From contig NC_087437.1 in assembly GCF_036321535.1 (NCBI RefSeq), positions 66,280,001 through 66,344,000 of the forward strand: DNA of 64,000 nucleotides, read 5' to 3'. The translations under genes and the position numbers were made by a program. This DNA comes from Camelus dromedarius. Taxonomy: Eukaryota. The notes below the pieces were generated by a model that saw nothing but the letters and a program-made list of their open reading frames with translations, did no database searches and was not told where the DNA came from. The first letter of the stretch is position 1, and every line of letters begins with the position of its first letter. Positions 39,252-51,800 of this stretch are shown in pieces.

Positions 39252-40519
39252 AAAACCAAAATAATTTTACTTGTTTATCTTTGTTGTTTTATGACCTTAT
39301 CTTTGGACTCTTGTTTTATTTATTTCATGTTCTTTTTTAAGTTCTGTAGTACTACACTCTTGGAAGAAGTTTTTGGGTTTTTTTTCCCCTGTTCTTCCAG
39401 ATAAGTTCTTGATTTGGCTTTTGCATGTTTTTCCTGTAGTGTTTTTGTGTCAGTTTTTAAAATTTTATGTTTGAGTTGGACAGCTCTTTCTTATTCCACT
39501 CTTCTGTAGCCTGAGGGGTATTAGTTGCTAGGTAAATGGGGCAGTCTCCTAGCCATTGCAGTCCTTCCTGAATGTCTTTTCCACCACTAAGCCATGGGTA
39601 TATTCCACTTTTGGGGACTTCTGTTTTTTTCCTCAGTTTAGTGCAGTAACTTGGAAAATGTTGGCCTTTCTGCCTTTGCTGAGGTTAACAGGTGACGAGT
39701 AGAGGGTTTTTAGAGTAAAAAGCATTAGCTGCAGACTTTCCCTGAACCCTCCCTCCCCTACCTTACCACCCCTGCTCCATAGCTGCCTATGGCATGTTCA
39801 TGTTCCACTTTATTTACCATATTGAGTAATATCCTAGGGAATTCTCAGTATTTTGTCTTTTTTACCATTTTCCTTCAGAATTACTTTTAGAAGTATGAGC
39901 AGTGTTAGGCGCCATGCCCTCTGCTTGTGGCCTAAGTATTCTGTGTTTTACCTTGACCTCCCCTCTTATGTGGTTTATTTCTCTTATTTCTCTTACTGTT
40001 TGTTTGGTCATGGTGAGTTTTTGATAATTTTAAAAAATAATTTTTTTTCTTTGTTACTTACTGGGAGAGAAACAGTGATGATACTAATTCACTTTCTCAA
40101 CTTAGATGATAAATTTTTAAATTAGAACAACGTAGATGTTTTATTTTCACTGATGGTCATTGTTTTTCTAACTTTATGAATAAACTGCTTGATTAGAAAC
40201 CAGTTCTCAGTAACATCAGTTTCATTTAAAATATCTGATAGCTAAAGTAGTCAAATTATTTATCTGATTTTGCTGTAAAGCCCATGTGGGAGAGAGAGTG
40301 GATCTTTCTTCAGATAACTGTTTTTGACTTGCAATGAATAGATACTGAGGTATCAGACAAGAAATCATTTAATTAAATCTAGTGATACTAAAATGGCCTA
40401 CAAAACGGCATGGTAATACAGCGCCTGGACTCTTCTCCAATCTCTCCATTCTTGTTTTCTCACTGTGCTTTAACCACACTGCCTTGGGCTTTGGGTGCCC
40501 ATCCTCTTAGGGAGTCTGT

Positions 40520-40800
40520 ATTTTCCTACCATAAAGTTCACTCATTCAAATTGTACAGTTCATGTATTTCTAGTGTATTTACAGGGTTGTGCAGTCATCA
40601 CCATAATCTAATTTTAGAACATTTTCATCATCCTCCAAAGAAATCTCTTACCCATTAGCAGTCACTCCGTCCTCTCTTTCCCATCTCCCTCCCCAGCCCT
40701 AGGCCACCACCAGTTTACCTTATGTCTTCATAGATTTGCTTATTCTGGACATCTCATATAAACAGAATCATGGAATGCATTGTCTTTTGTGACTGACTAT
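40520..40800 (-). mobile_element. L1MB-like 3' end fragment
   Basis: tgtatttacagggttgtgcagtcatcaccataatctaattttagaacattttcatca ... cccagccctaggccaccacc. Confidence 0.8.
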
Positions 40801-40829
40801 CCTTTTATTCCCATATTGTACTAAACTCC

Positions 40830-41155
40830 TTCAATGCCTTCTTTTAACATGCCTTTATTATCTTTCCCATTCCACTGTCTCCTTCCCCTTTTACACTTTT
40901 TCAGATTTCAGCCAAAATATATCACTTTCTCTAGGTGACCCAACCCTGTTAAGAGTCTAGATCCTTCATTATGAGCTTGATTGCATCCTGTAATTCTCTT
41001 TAATCTACTCTTATCTCAGTTATTATATAACTGGACTTATTTGTATAAATAATCTTTGCTTTTCTCACTAGGCTTCAGGTCCATGAAAGCAAGGAGTTTG
41101 TTACTGTTGATTTTTCACAGTGCAGCCTAGGAAGAGATAAATGCTTGAATGAATA
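40830..41155 (+). mobile_element. L2 LINE 3' end
   Basis: ttcagatttcagccaaaatatatcacttt ... ccatgaaagcaagga ... ataaatgcttgaatgaat. Confidence 0.6.
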
Positions 41156-41241
41156 CATTCAGATACTCAACCCAATGGGAGGAGGGAAGTTTTCAGAGAA
41201 GAGAGGGAGGGGTGTGTATGTGTATTAACTCTTAATGTAAT

Positions 41242-41392
41242 GGGGGGAGGGTATAGCTCAGTGGTAGAGTGCTTGCTTACCATGCACAAGGTCCTGGGTT
41301 CAATCCCCTGCACCTCCATTAAGAAATAATTAAGTAAGCAAACCTAATAACACTCCCCACCCCGCAAAAAAAGTACAGAAAAAAAAAAAAAA
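41242..41392 (+). mobile_element. tRNA-derived SINE, Vic-1-like (camelid), full length
   Basis: gggagggtatagctcagtggtagagtgcttgcttaccatgcacaaggtcctgggttcaatccc (Pol III A/B boxes, tRNA-Ala-like), AT-rich body, C-rich block and poly-A; imperfect TSD aactcttaatgta (41227-41239) / aaccctcaatgta (41391-41403). Confidence 0.9.
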
Positions 41393-42529
41393 CCCTCAAT
41401 GTAGCAGCACTACTCATACTTGAAAATGTAAGCTGAAAATTAGTGGTTAATTAGGCTTTGTGTATGTGTATTGGATGTAAGAATTGTCTATTTACACTCC
41501 CAGAAATGTGAATCTGGAAAATTTATTCTTAAGGGAAAACTTAAGATGTCACTGCCAGGTTACTTTCTAGAGTCCATTTATGTTATTGGCTAAATTATCT
41601 GGAATATTTACCCTACCCAGGAAGTAGAATAACCCAACTAAAGTATTCTCTTTTTTATTTGGAATCAAATATTTCAGTTTTCCAAGGACATTTGTAAATT
41701 ATGAGTCCTGTCTACTTGGGACACCGTTTATTGCAGTTTGGTGTTGCTTCACTTGCTTTAATGGATATATTAGTGAAATTGGCAAGGTTCAGCTCCTGTT
41801 ATTGGCCTCTAAGTTCCACCATTTCTTCTCTGTCTGTCATGGTACCTGGATTGTTTGGTACATTTGTTCTCTTCTCCCTTAATATTTACTTGCTCCTTTT
41901 TGGATAATGCAGGTACCTAGGACAGAGGTATGTGACTATGGGTGGTGTGTATGGGTTCTCAAAGATAAGGGAAATAGTATCATTCTTGATGAGACTTAAC
42001 GTAACACTTTAAGAGTAGTAGTTTAGATGGCTTTCTGTTGACCTCGTTGATCTATAAGATTATAAGTAGCATAGGTCTTTACCAAATCAAATCTCTGAAG
42101 CCTTAAACTCTACTTACTGTGGAGTTCTTCTGTGGGTACATAGTTTCCGTTTTTATAATGAAGTTAGTGAAAAAGTATGATGGCTCTACAGATACTTACT
42201 TTATAACTTTTACTACAATGTATCTGATCTGTGAAACATGTATGTACACAGAATGGGGGGCTGTATTGGATGGAGTCTTGGAGGGAATCAAGTCAGAAAA
42301 GTCTTCAGTACAATTTTGGCCCTATTATTTGCATGTATTCACACCAGAATGTTTTTTTACAAATTTTTTTGAACTTCATTTCCAATTGAAGTTAATTTCA
42401 TAATCTGGGTAGTGGTACTTTTCCTGTTTGGCCTTTTCTTAGAAGCAGATTGATATATTAGTAACAGAGCTGACACTTCATGTTAGAACAGCTGTTTTAA
42501 TGTGGCCCCTCTCAATAGTTTGTGATCTC

Positions 42530-42860
42530 CAGTGAGTTTTCTTAAATTCCTGGAGCCTGAGTTTCCTCATCTGTGGGATGGAAGTAACTTCATGCACTTA
42601 ATAGGATTGTTAAGATTAAGTATTTTGTGAAGACAATTAGTAAGATTCTTAGCTCTATTATGTTATAGGAAATACTGAGCCCAGGTTTTAAATAAATACT
42701 TAGTTCAGATTTCATTAATAAGTATATTCTCTTTGAATAGAAAGCTCCATGAAGGAAAGGGCCTTGTCTTACTCATTTTGGGGGACCCTAGTTCTTAGCA
42801 TAATACCTGCCTGGTACACAGATAATGCTTATTAAACATGCAGTGAATTAATCAGTGACA
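42530..42860 (+). mobile_element. MIR fragment followed by an L2 3' fragment
   Basis: gagcctgagtttcctcatctgtgggatgg; then aagctccatgaaggaaagggccttgtct...gcctggtacaca. Confidence 0.65.
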
Positions 42861-43235
42861 GTGTATTTGAACCAAACATTCTACTGTATTTTCTTTCCTT
42901 TTCTGTCCTCAAAATTTTTGAAACTTTCTGTCAGTCTACTGTGTGCTATTAATAGGAGAGAATACTTAGAAAATAGAAAGGATGTATATAGCATAAATGT
43001 GAGAATTAATATTTTATAAAGCCACACACAGATGATTTATTAAAACACAAGTACTTGAAGTATAGGATTGCATCTCTCTCTCTCTCTTCCTATCATTTTA
43101 AATGGAACTCACTTTTCCACTGATGTAGTGTATGTATTCCAATGCTTCTGCAGATTCTGGAGGTAGGGTATAAAAAAGGAATTAAGCCAGCAATTACCTA
43201 AACGTAATATTTTATGTGTATTTTCCCCCCAGTTT

Positions 43236-43400
43236 ATACAGAATAGTCTTAGTCTGTGAACAGACTGTGTTCTAAACATTCGTTAGTTGTCTTGGAACTT
43301 AGAGCATAGTTTTCCATTGAAAGTTTCGTAAGTATGTAAAATAAAATTAGATTCCCAGGCTATCCTATAAAAGCCCAGCTAAGCCAAAATTAGCTCAGGT
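43236..43400 (+). mobile_element. Possible ancient TcMar-Tigger left-end relic
   Basis: TA-cag start, then gaacagactgtgttctaaacattcg...ttggaacttaga...ttttccattgaaa, resembling old Tigger ends; subfamily uncertain. Confidence 0.4.
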
Positions 43401-46400
43401 ATCTATATATTACAATGAAGAGTAATAGAGAATAATAATATTTTCTGTATTATATTATTACTGAATAATACTTAAATCTAACCCCCACCTAAAAATTAGT
43501 TTTACAAAATTCTGAATCCTGTTACTACTAGATTGATAAAGGGATTTAATCTGAGGGAGATGAGTAGAGATTATGGGAGGCTGACCGATCTTTCTGGATA
43601 CTTTCAGGAGCTTTCTAGGTTGATGACAACTGGCTTTTTAACTCATGGCTTTACTTTTCTTGATACTGGTGTAACAAGAGCAAAAGTGCTGTCCTTTAGA
43701 CCAGTTGTGGTTAAGGTTGGTTTTCTAGCTCTTGAGTTGAATGAAGAGATAAGGAAGAAAAAGTTCTTTCTGGTAACCAAGATTTTGGAGCGGGGTGGCG
43801 AACAGAAGGTGCAGTAACTTACGACGTTTGTCCTCTGAGGTAGATTTAATTGACAGAATAATGTGAGTTTAAGGGACTAGGGAGAGAGTAAAGCAATGTG
43901 AATGATTCCTTTGAGGGGAGAGAGAACGTAATAAGAAAGTATGTTGGCTTAGACATCCTCGGTAACTGGGGCTGGGTGTCTTTGGAAGCTGTTTAGGACT
44001 GGGAATGAGGAAAAGTATACTACTTTGGTATTTATATATGCATGTATTTCAGAGTTGGTTTTTCATGATGTGGCAGCCACCACCCAAATATTATATACAT
44101 TTGGGGCATTTTAAAAAAAAATAAATTCAGTTACTATCATTATTAAGCAAATGTGCTCTGTTATGTTTAAATTTATGAAAAGTAAAATACTGTGGTTCAG
44201 CCAGATCAACAGGAGATTCCTGAAACTGTGTAATGTAAAGAGATTTGGTCTTCATATTCCTTTTTTGTTTCTTGCTTTGAAAAGTCATGCTGCCCTGCTT
44301 TTCCTGTCCCTGATAGTTTCTTATTTAGAATAAACCAGCACCACCACGTTCCCCCCCACCCCTCCATCCCAGGCAAAAAAAGATGGGGCAGGAAATGTTC
44401 CTTCTGTTCCTGCAAAAGTAGCAGCTGTTTTTAACCAGTGGATTATTAGTTTGTATTCTGATAAATCTGTTCAAGTGTTTAAATGTTTGCTATTAGTTCA
44501 CTGATTTGATACTCCTTAGGGGAATTCTGGCTCTTATTTTACTTATTTTAGATGATTTGTATCTCAGGCAAAACGAAGCAACTTTATATGGAAGGCATTT
44601 TTGCAGTTTATATTAAAATATGTGAGGACACTTACTTAAATGTGTGGTTCTGTTGGCTGAGTTATTTTTATGGATTTATTTTGGAATAGAAATAAATGAC
44701 TTGGTTCACTTCCATTTTTATAGGCATTGGAAAATGTACTAAACTTGAGAATTGGGTGACCTGGGTTGTAGTTTTCAATATTACAGTATAACCTTAAGCA
44801 ATTTTGCTTATCTTTTGAGCTTCAGTTCTGTAGTTCAGTATTGGTTCTACCTCCCTCATAGGGGGATAAAGTGAGGTAGTGGCTCTGAACATGTTATTAA
44901 ACTATAAAGTGCTGCACAGATAGACTATTGTGATGATGGTGTGTGGTGATCAGGGCTGGTCCCAGGGAAAATTGTTAAATCACTGAGTTTTGTCTTTGCA
45001 TCTTCTTCTCCGTCTGTTGAGTGACTCAACCTTTTGAGAGATTACAGTCTTGGATCATTTCATAGGAGGTAGAGGTACTTGATTTAGTGACTTTCAGACT
45101 TCCAGCAGTTTTCAAAGTATAATGGAATCCTATAGGAATTTGTTCACTTACAAATGAGCACATTTTCTATAGCCTGCTGCATGCATAGGCATAAAATGGG
45201 ATTACAGCAATAAATGTGTGATAAACATGATTGTTGGCCTCCTGGATTGGATATTAGTTGTTAAAGTGTAATTGATAAAGCATATGAAACCAACCTAGAG
45301 TAAGGAAGTCTGGGAGAAAACACCCCGTGCTTCCCCTCTCCCTTTCACTGCTGTTGGAAATATAACAAAAAATTTTAGGTTAATAACCTCCACTTTAAAA
45401 TGCATGTTAAAATGTATGTAAATTTGTATGCTGTGCTATAGGAAAAGCAATTTGAATTTAGAAATGGGGATAACTTTGGTGCAGAGTTCAGTAAGACTGA
45501 GTGAGCTGTTCCATTGCAGGGATTTGGGTTGTCAGAAGGTAATGTTGAGGATCAAGGGGATGTATGTCGGGCCAAAACCAGATGTAATCCATTAAAAAAA
45601 AGTTTCAGAGTGCTGATTTTAATATTATGCTCACTAAAGACTAGAGTAAAATATATCTGCTTTGTGAGAGCTATGTTTTGGCTTTCTTCTGGATTCCTGG
45701 CTGCTCAAGATTGAAGTTGCTAGAAGCGTGAGCCCTGGATCAAGTCATTGTGTTTTTAAAAGGAATTGTTTCCTTAGCCTAAGTATTTACCATTTACTCT
45801 TTCCATCCATGTATAGTGTACTGTTTCTTTGGTATAAGGTCAATTTCCTTATTAAGAAAAATTTAAATGTGTTATCTACTCTCTCCCCACTTCAAATTGG
45901 GCAGTTTGTAAATTAAGCATATAAGCATGTGTAAAACTTTAAGATTCTAATGTTAATTCCTAAAAGCCAAAGCTCTTTACATACGTACTGCAAGCTTTTA
46001 GACTTTCATGGGAAATAAACCTGTTTCTGAAATACATCTTGAAAAATAAATAAATAAGTAAAAATAGAAAAATAAAATATATCTTGATATTGTTTTAAGT
46101 GAGGGCTTAAAACTAATAAAATATTTATTCATTTTGAGTTTGGTTTTGCTTTATTCCAGTTCACTTGAGTTAGAAAAAAAGAAAAATATGTTTGACTCCA
46201 GTTCAAAAATCATTTGGGGGATGCTTATTAAAAGTATAGTTTCCTGAGCCCTACTGCAGATTTCCTGAGTCTGTCAGCTGGTGAAATTCTAGAATCTTCA
46301 TTTTTAGTAAACTCCTTAAATTTACTGTGAGCAATGGTTGCAAATATAAAATGGTACTCAAGGAATGTACTTATATATATAGATGTAAACAGAACTTCAG

Positions 46401-48464
46401 ACCTCAGAGATGTCCCCTGCCCAGTTCTTATCCATTGCTGCATATTGATGCTCTAAAGAAACCAGAATTATTTGGAAAAGGATTATGAAACAGAGTAAGT
46501 CTCCTACCTGTAAATAAATACACATGTGGCAAATTGGATTATTTGTTTTGGCTTGTTGCAGTGTCTTCAGTAAGCCTCCATTCTGGTTTGCTATTTGTAA
46601 GACTTCTGTATACCGTTATCCCTAGGGATTTGTATCTGATCAATGACACGCATAAGAAATAAAAGCACTGCTTAATGTTTAGCAAGAAGTAGTCATTTCT
46701 CAAATCCTAACAGTTCTGCTTGAGTGATTTTTATATGAATTCAAGAGCAAACATTTGCTGAGCACCTGCATTGTGCTGAACCCTCTGCTAATAAGCAGTG
46801 GGGAAATGTAAATGATTTAGATAATGTCTGGCTTTCCTAAGAGCTCATAGTCAAGTGAGGGACTCTTAATAATTATAGAACACTGTGATAAGCACTGTAG
46901 TAGGGCATGTACCAGGTGGTGAAAGAGCATAGCAGAACAGAAGAAGAATGTTTCTTTTGATAGCCACTGCCAGTAATTCAAAGTTCAGAGGAACTGTAAT
47001 TTGTCAGGCACTCACTGTGTGGCATGCACTTAAAACACACACACACACTAACAAGAAACCCCCCCCCCAAACAAAAAAACCCTGCTTAACCTATGTTATA
47101 TAATCATCACAACAACTCTATCAAGTAGCAGCTATCTGCATTTAATAGATATTAAGTGGTAGAATATGTGTGATTTAAAACCTTTGTATGACCTCAGGGC
47201 CCATATTAACACCGTTATTTCTCTCTTTAAGGACAAAAACTTGACATTTTTAAAGAGAAATTTGATGCTTGTTAATCCCATTGGCCTGGTATCTTCTTGT
47301 GATTTAAAGTGTGAAATTAGTGTGTTGTCAAGGACTCTGTAGAGTCTTTTCTGTCTCATCTTTATCCTCTGCCACTCTGCGTTTTCCTTTCATTTCTAGA
47401 AGTGATACACAGTGATATATACACCTCCAAAAGCCAGCTCATGTATGACATCTGTCCATTTTGCTTCCCCTGCTTCTCCTTTTGTTTATTCTTTCTATCC
47501 CCAAAGGAAATTTAGTAAATTTTTGGTTTGGTTTTTCCAGTTCTTTGGATGGAATCACGTGGAGATGAACTGTGTCTAAGGCAAAAGGCCCTACTAGAAA
47601 GATTTTTATCACAATAAGATTACATAGAAATTGTCCTAAAATTTTATCATGCTTTTGATTGTTAGGGTTGATTTGACCTATTCATTTGCTTAGTTGGCAT
47701 TCCCTTTCTTTCTTCATGATTTTATTCCAAGGTATATGAGCAGTTGCGCTCTGGCTAGAGCTTCCACATCATAAGGTAGAGCCTCTCTTTCATGACAATA
47801 GTAAGTTTATTTTACAATTTGTCCAACTCCGATTTTCTGTGGAACTTAGTTCCTTTTTATTTGTTTTGCTTATTAACTTTTATGTTGCTTTTATGTTTGT
47901 AAACTGCTGTGTTTATTTTGGGGAGAACATCATGCTTTAATAGACATTCCTTAGCCATTTACTTAGGGTGAAGAGTTGTTTAAACTTTAAAAACCTGAAA
48001 ATTTGACAATGGTCAGTGTTACCCCTTGAGACTATCTTAATCATGCCTGAAAATAAGATTTTCTTTGATTCTTTTGAGTAATTTATATAATAATATTTTT
48101 CAGTAGAGAGTTTGCCATATTGTTGGTAAACATCCAGAAAAATAGTTATTTCTCTTCATAAGAAAGCATAGGCAGAACTAGCTTCCCTACTAATCCTATT
48201 GTTAGGTTAATAAAAACTTCATAAAAATACTTTGTAGCTTCCTTGTAGTCACAGGTGTTATACGCTGGTTCTTTAGGCTTTTGTTGAAGACTTTTAATTT
48301 TCTGTTATTTCTACATGTAAACTTCCCTTTTATTTTAGTCAAGTACAGTTGATTTACAATGTTGTGTTTAGGTTCAGGTATATAGCAAAGTGATTCAGTT
48401 ATATATATGTATATACACACATACATATTCACATACACACACACAAACACACACATACATACTT

Positions 48465-48466
<2 letters not shown>

Positions 48467-48496
<30 letters not shown>
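48467..48496. repeat. (AC)15 microsatellite, with degenerate AC/AT repeats upstream from ~48400
   Basis: Counted directly. Confidence 0.95.
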
Positions 48497-48498
<2 letters not shown>

Positions 48499-48860
48499 TT
48501 TCAGATTCTTTTCCATTATTGGTTATTAAGATATTGAATACAGTTCCCTGTGCTATACAGTAGGTCCTTGTTGTTTATCTATTTTATATATAGTAGTATG
48601 TATATGTTAATCCCAAATGCCTAATTTGTCCCTCATCCCTTCCCCTCTTTGGTAACCATAAATTTGTTTTCTATGTCTGTGAGTCTGTTTCTGTTACGTA
48701 AATAAGTACATTTGTATAATTTTTTTAGATTCCATATATAATTGATATAATATTTGTCCTTCTTACTTCACTTACTGTCTTACTTCGCTTACTGTGATAA
48801 TCTAGGTCCATCCAGGTTGCTTCAAATGGCATTACTTCATTCTTTTTTATGGCTGAGTAA

Positions 48861-48898
48861 TGTGTGTGTGTGTGTGTGTGTGTGTTTGTGTGTGTGTG
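48861..48898. repeat. (TG)12 TT (TG)6 microsatellite
   Basis: Counted directly. Confidence 0.95.
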
Positions 48899-51800
48899 TA
48901 CGAACACATATATACATACAAATACTACATCTTTATCTCTTCATCTGTTGATGAACGTTTAGGTTGTTTCCATGGCTATTGTAAATAGTGCTACTGTGAA
49001 CATTGGTGTGCGCCTGTATCTTTTTGAATTAGAGTTTTCTCTGGATATAAGCCCATGAGTGGAATTGCTGGATCATATGGTAACTCTTATTAGTTTTTTA
49101 AGGAAACTCTATAGTGGCTGCACCCAATTTACATTCCCACCAGCAGTGTAGGAGGGTTCCTTTTTGGAGATGTTATTCTTGAGGTAAAGGAAGAGTTTAC
49201 AAAGACAGTCATTACTGACTTTTTTCAGTTTATATCAGTAGAATGGTGTATGAACATCTCTAAAAGCCTAGTTATGAAGTGTCACAGTTACTGCTTTTTC
49301 TCAGCTCTGAATCTTAAGAAACAATGAAATTAGAATGTCCATGTCAGATACCTCCAAAATAATTACACATGTTTGAAGTGGCCCTTTCGTTTTTGGATGC
49401 TCAGTCCATTTCTGTGTGGATCGTGTTACCCTGTGACATTTGTTCATCTCAGGGAGGATGGGTCTGAGGAGTGACTTAAGAAGACTTTAAAAATGTAACC
49501 ACAGGGATTGCTTACAGGTACAAACTTGTGTTTGAGAGATTGAAAACTAGGCTGCACATACCATTTTGGGATACCCCTAAGGCTTTTGTAAAATTGTATT
49601 CTATATTTAATGACCTTCAATGGAGAGTGGTTCTTCTGTTGCATACCATTTTCCCATTGCTTCATGAGGAGTCTTTTGTGGTTTATATATGTAAAATTTA
49701 TCTATTGTGGTAAAGAGTAGGGAATTTAATTCTGTGTTCAAATTATAGTAGGAAATTTATACCACCAGAGTGAATTTTAATTGTAATAGTGGCTCCTAGG
49801 AGTTCTCTGGCCAGAGAGAAGGCCTAGAACTGAGTTGTTCCCAATGCTTTAATGTTGTTGCTCTTGAGAGACAGAGGCATTGTTTGGAGACTAATTTTAT
49901 TGTAATTAGTGTGAGTCTCACGATACCATGCATTCTGGGAAATTTAATATTAGGCAGAGTGGTGACCTTTTTTTTAAAAATGAGGCACATTTGTTATGAA
50001 TTCTAGTTTTTCATTCATTCAGTGAATTTCTAGTTGGTCTCTTGGTAACAGTGCTTAAAATGCTGCTCTATTGTTGATATCCAAAGTTATCCAGTTTCTA
50101 GTAGCAAAAGTTAAATTGTTTGAACATCACAGAATTAACTTTTTGTATTTTTGTTTTCCATATGCTTTTGTTTTGGGAGAAGTTTCAAAATCTAATGTTG
50201 CCAAAGTATTTTTGGAAATAGCTCTTTACCTATTAATAAATGAATAATTAGGAATGAAAACTGTAAAAGATTACTCATTTATTCTCTTATTACTTTGGAG
50301 CTGATCTTTTTACATTGTATTTTCAGAAACATTATTTGCTTCTTAAGGATGTAAAATATAGCAGGGATAGCATGAGGCAGGTGAAGAGTTCTACTTGAAA
50401 GCTGTATGTTGGACAAGTTCATCTCTCTTAGTCTTACTTTCCTCATTGGCATAGTAATCATAATAAGTATGTCCCACCATTTATTATAAGTATTAGAATA
50501 GATGAAACAATGAGTCAGAAAGTTCTTTGTACAGTGAAATTTTATATAGCTGTTATTTTATTGCTGAGTTGGCAAATTGCAATGCCAAATGGTGACATGC
50601 TTTTCCTTGGCACACTAGCTGCTGACTGTCCCATGCAGTACTAATGTTCATGCCAAGTCACCCCCAGCGTTATCTTACCATTCTTTACAGTTACGCTGTT
50701 TCAGGTCTCTGATGGAGTAGTCTGAAGAGCTTGGTGATTTATGAATAAAAATTCCAGGAAATTTGAGACAGAGCCTGAGAACCATTGTTCCTTGTATACC
50801 TAGGATTTTCTACTAGTGGGAAGTATAACTGCTCAAAAGAGAATAGAGTAAACCTTTTAAGTTTCTTCCAAGATAGTTAGTTTTTTAATTCTCTGTTTAT
50901 GGTTTTTATTAGATGTGCAAGAAGGTGAAACGATTGGTCTTTGTCCACATCCAGTTGCAGTTTAAAATTGAGGCCTCAACAATCTCCTTAAGCTATAGCA
51001 TCTATAGGACCTGTTTATCTTTCTACTCTGCTTTTAATATTTTTGCAGAATTAATCTTATTTATGCCTCTTCCCATAGACAAATCATGATGCTGGGATAG
51101 ACATTCACAGGCTCAGTAGTTGAGGCTTAAGCGATGCCAAATACCACATTTGTGATGAATATCTTTCAAAGCTGGTTCTTGAAGCCTTGAAACCATTTTT
51201 TCTGAAATATGAAGATTTTTTTAGAAATGCAGGCTGAGGAAGCAAGTAGGGAAAGTCATTACACATGCTTGTATTGCTTAAATTCTTTTATGGTAGTAAG
51301 TACAAAGCTGTGGCTATTGTTTTGTTTATTGAAGTATGGTTACATAGTAGAAAAGCATAATTTTTGGTTTTATATACCCCAGGCGGTTTTTGTTTTCAGC
51401 TAAAACTGTGGAGTATAATAGCCGTTCTTAATATGTTAATTTGTCTTAATTAAAAAATGATGATGCTTTGTTTTGTGAATTAGATCTGTAAGATTTTGCA
51501 AGCAACTTGTTCAGTGGAATTGAAATTACTAATTCATAGTTCTTAAAGTATATACAGAGAGAGGTTTTTTTGGTAATGTAGTTTTGACTTGGATGATACA
51601 GGTAAGAGTCAAACTGTTTGAAATCACCTGCTTTTTATTTTCTTTGGGACAGTTGGATATTGTATTCAGTACTTTGGATTTTAATATTTCTGGATCTGAC
51701 CTTTCTAGATCACCTCACTTAAAGTTTAAGTTTAGAAGATTGTGATTCTATCTTTAGGAGTGCCATAATACAAGATGCGTTTAAAGATAGGTTTATTTTA

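Larger units (their letters stand above)
48325..49165 (-). mobile_element. 5'-truncated, relatively young cetartiodactyl-type L1 3' UTR
   Basis: gtacagttgatttacaatgttgtg...cagcaaagtgattcagttat-type end, ttgaatacagttccctgtgctatacagtaggtccttgttg, ggtaaccataaatttgttttctatgtctgtgagtctg. Confidence 0.9.

Noticed and set aside
41242..41317. tRNA-Ala gene
   Set aside because: It continues into a SINE body, poly-A and TSD, its stems are mismatched, and a second diverged copy exists at ~31620-31695.
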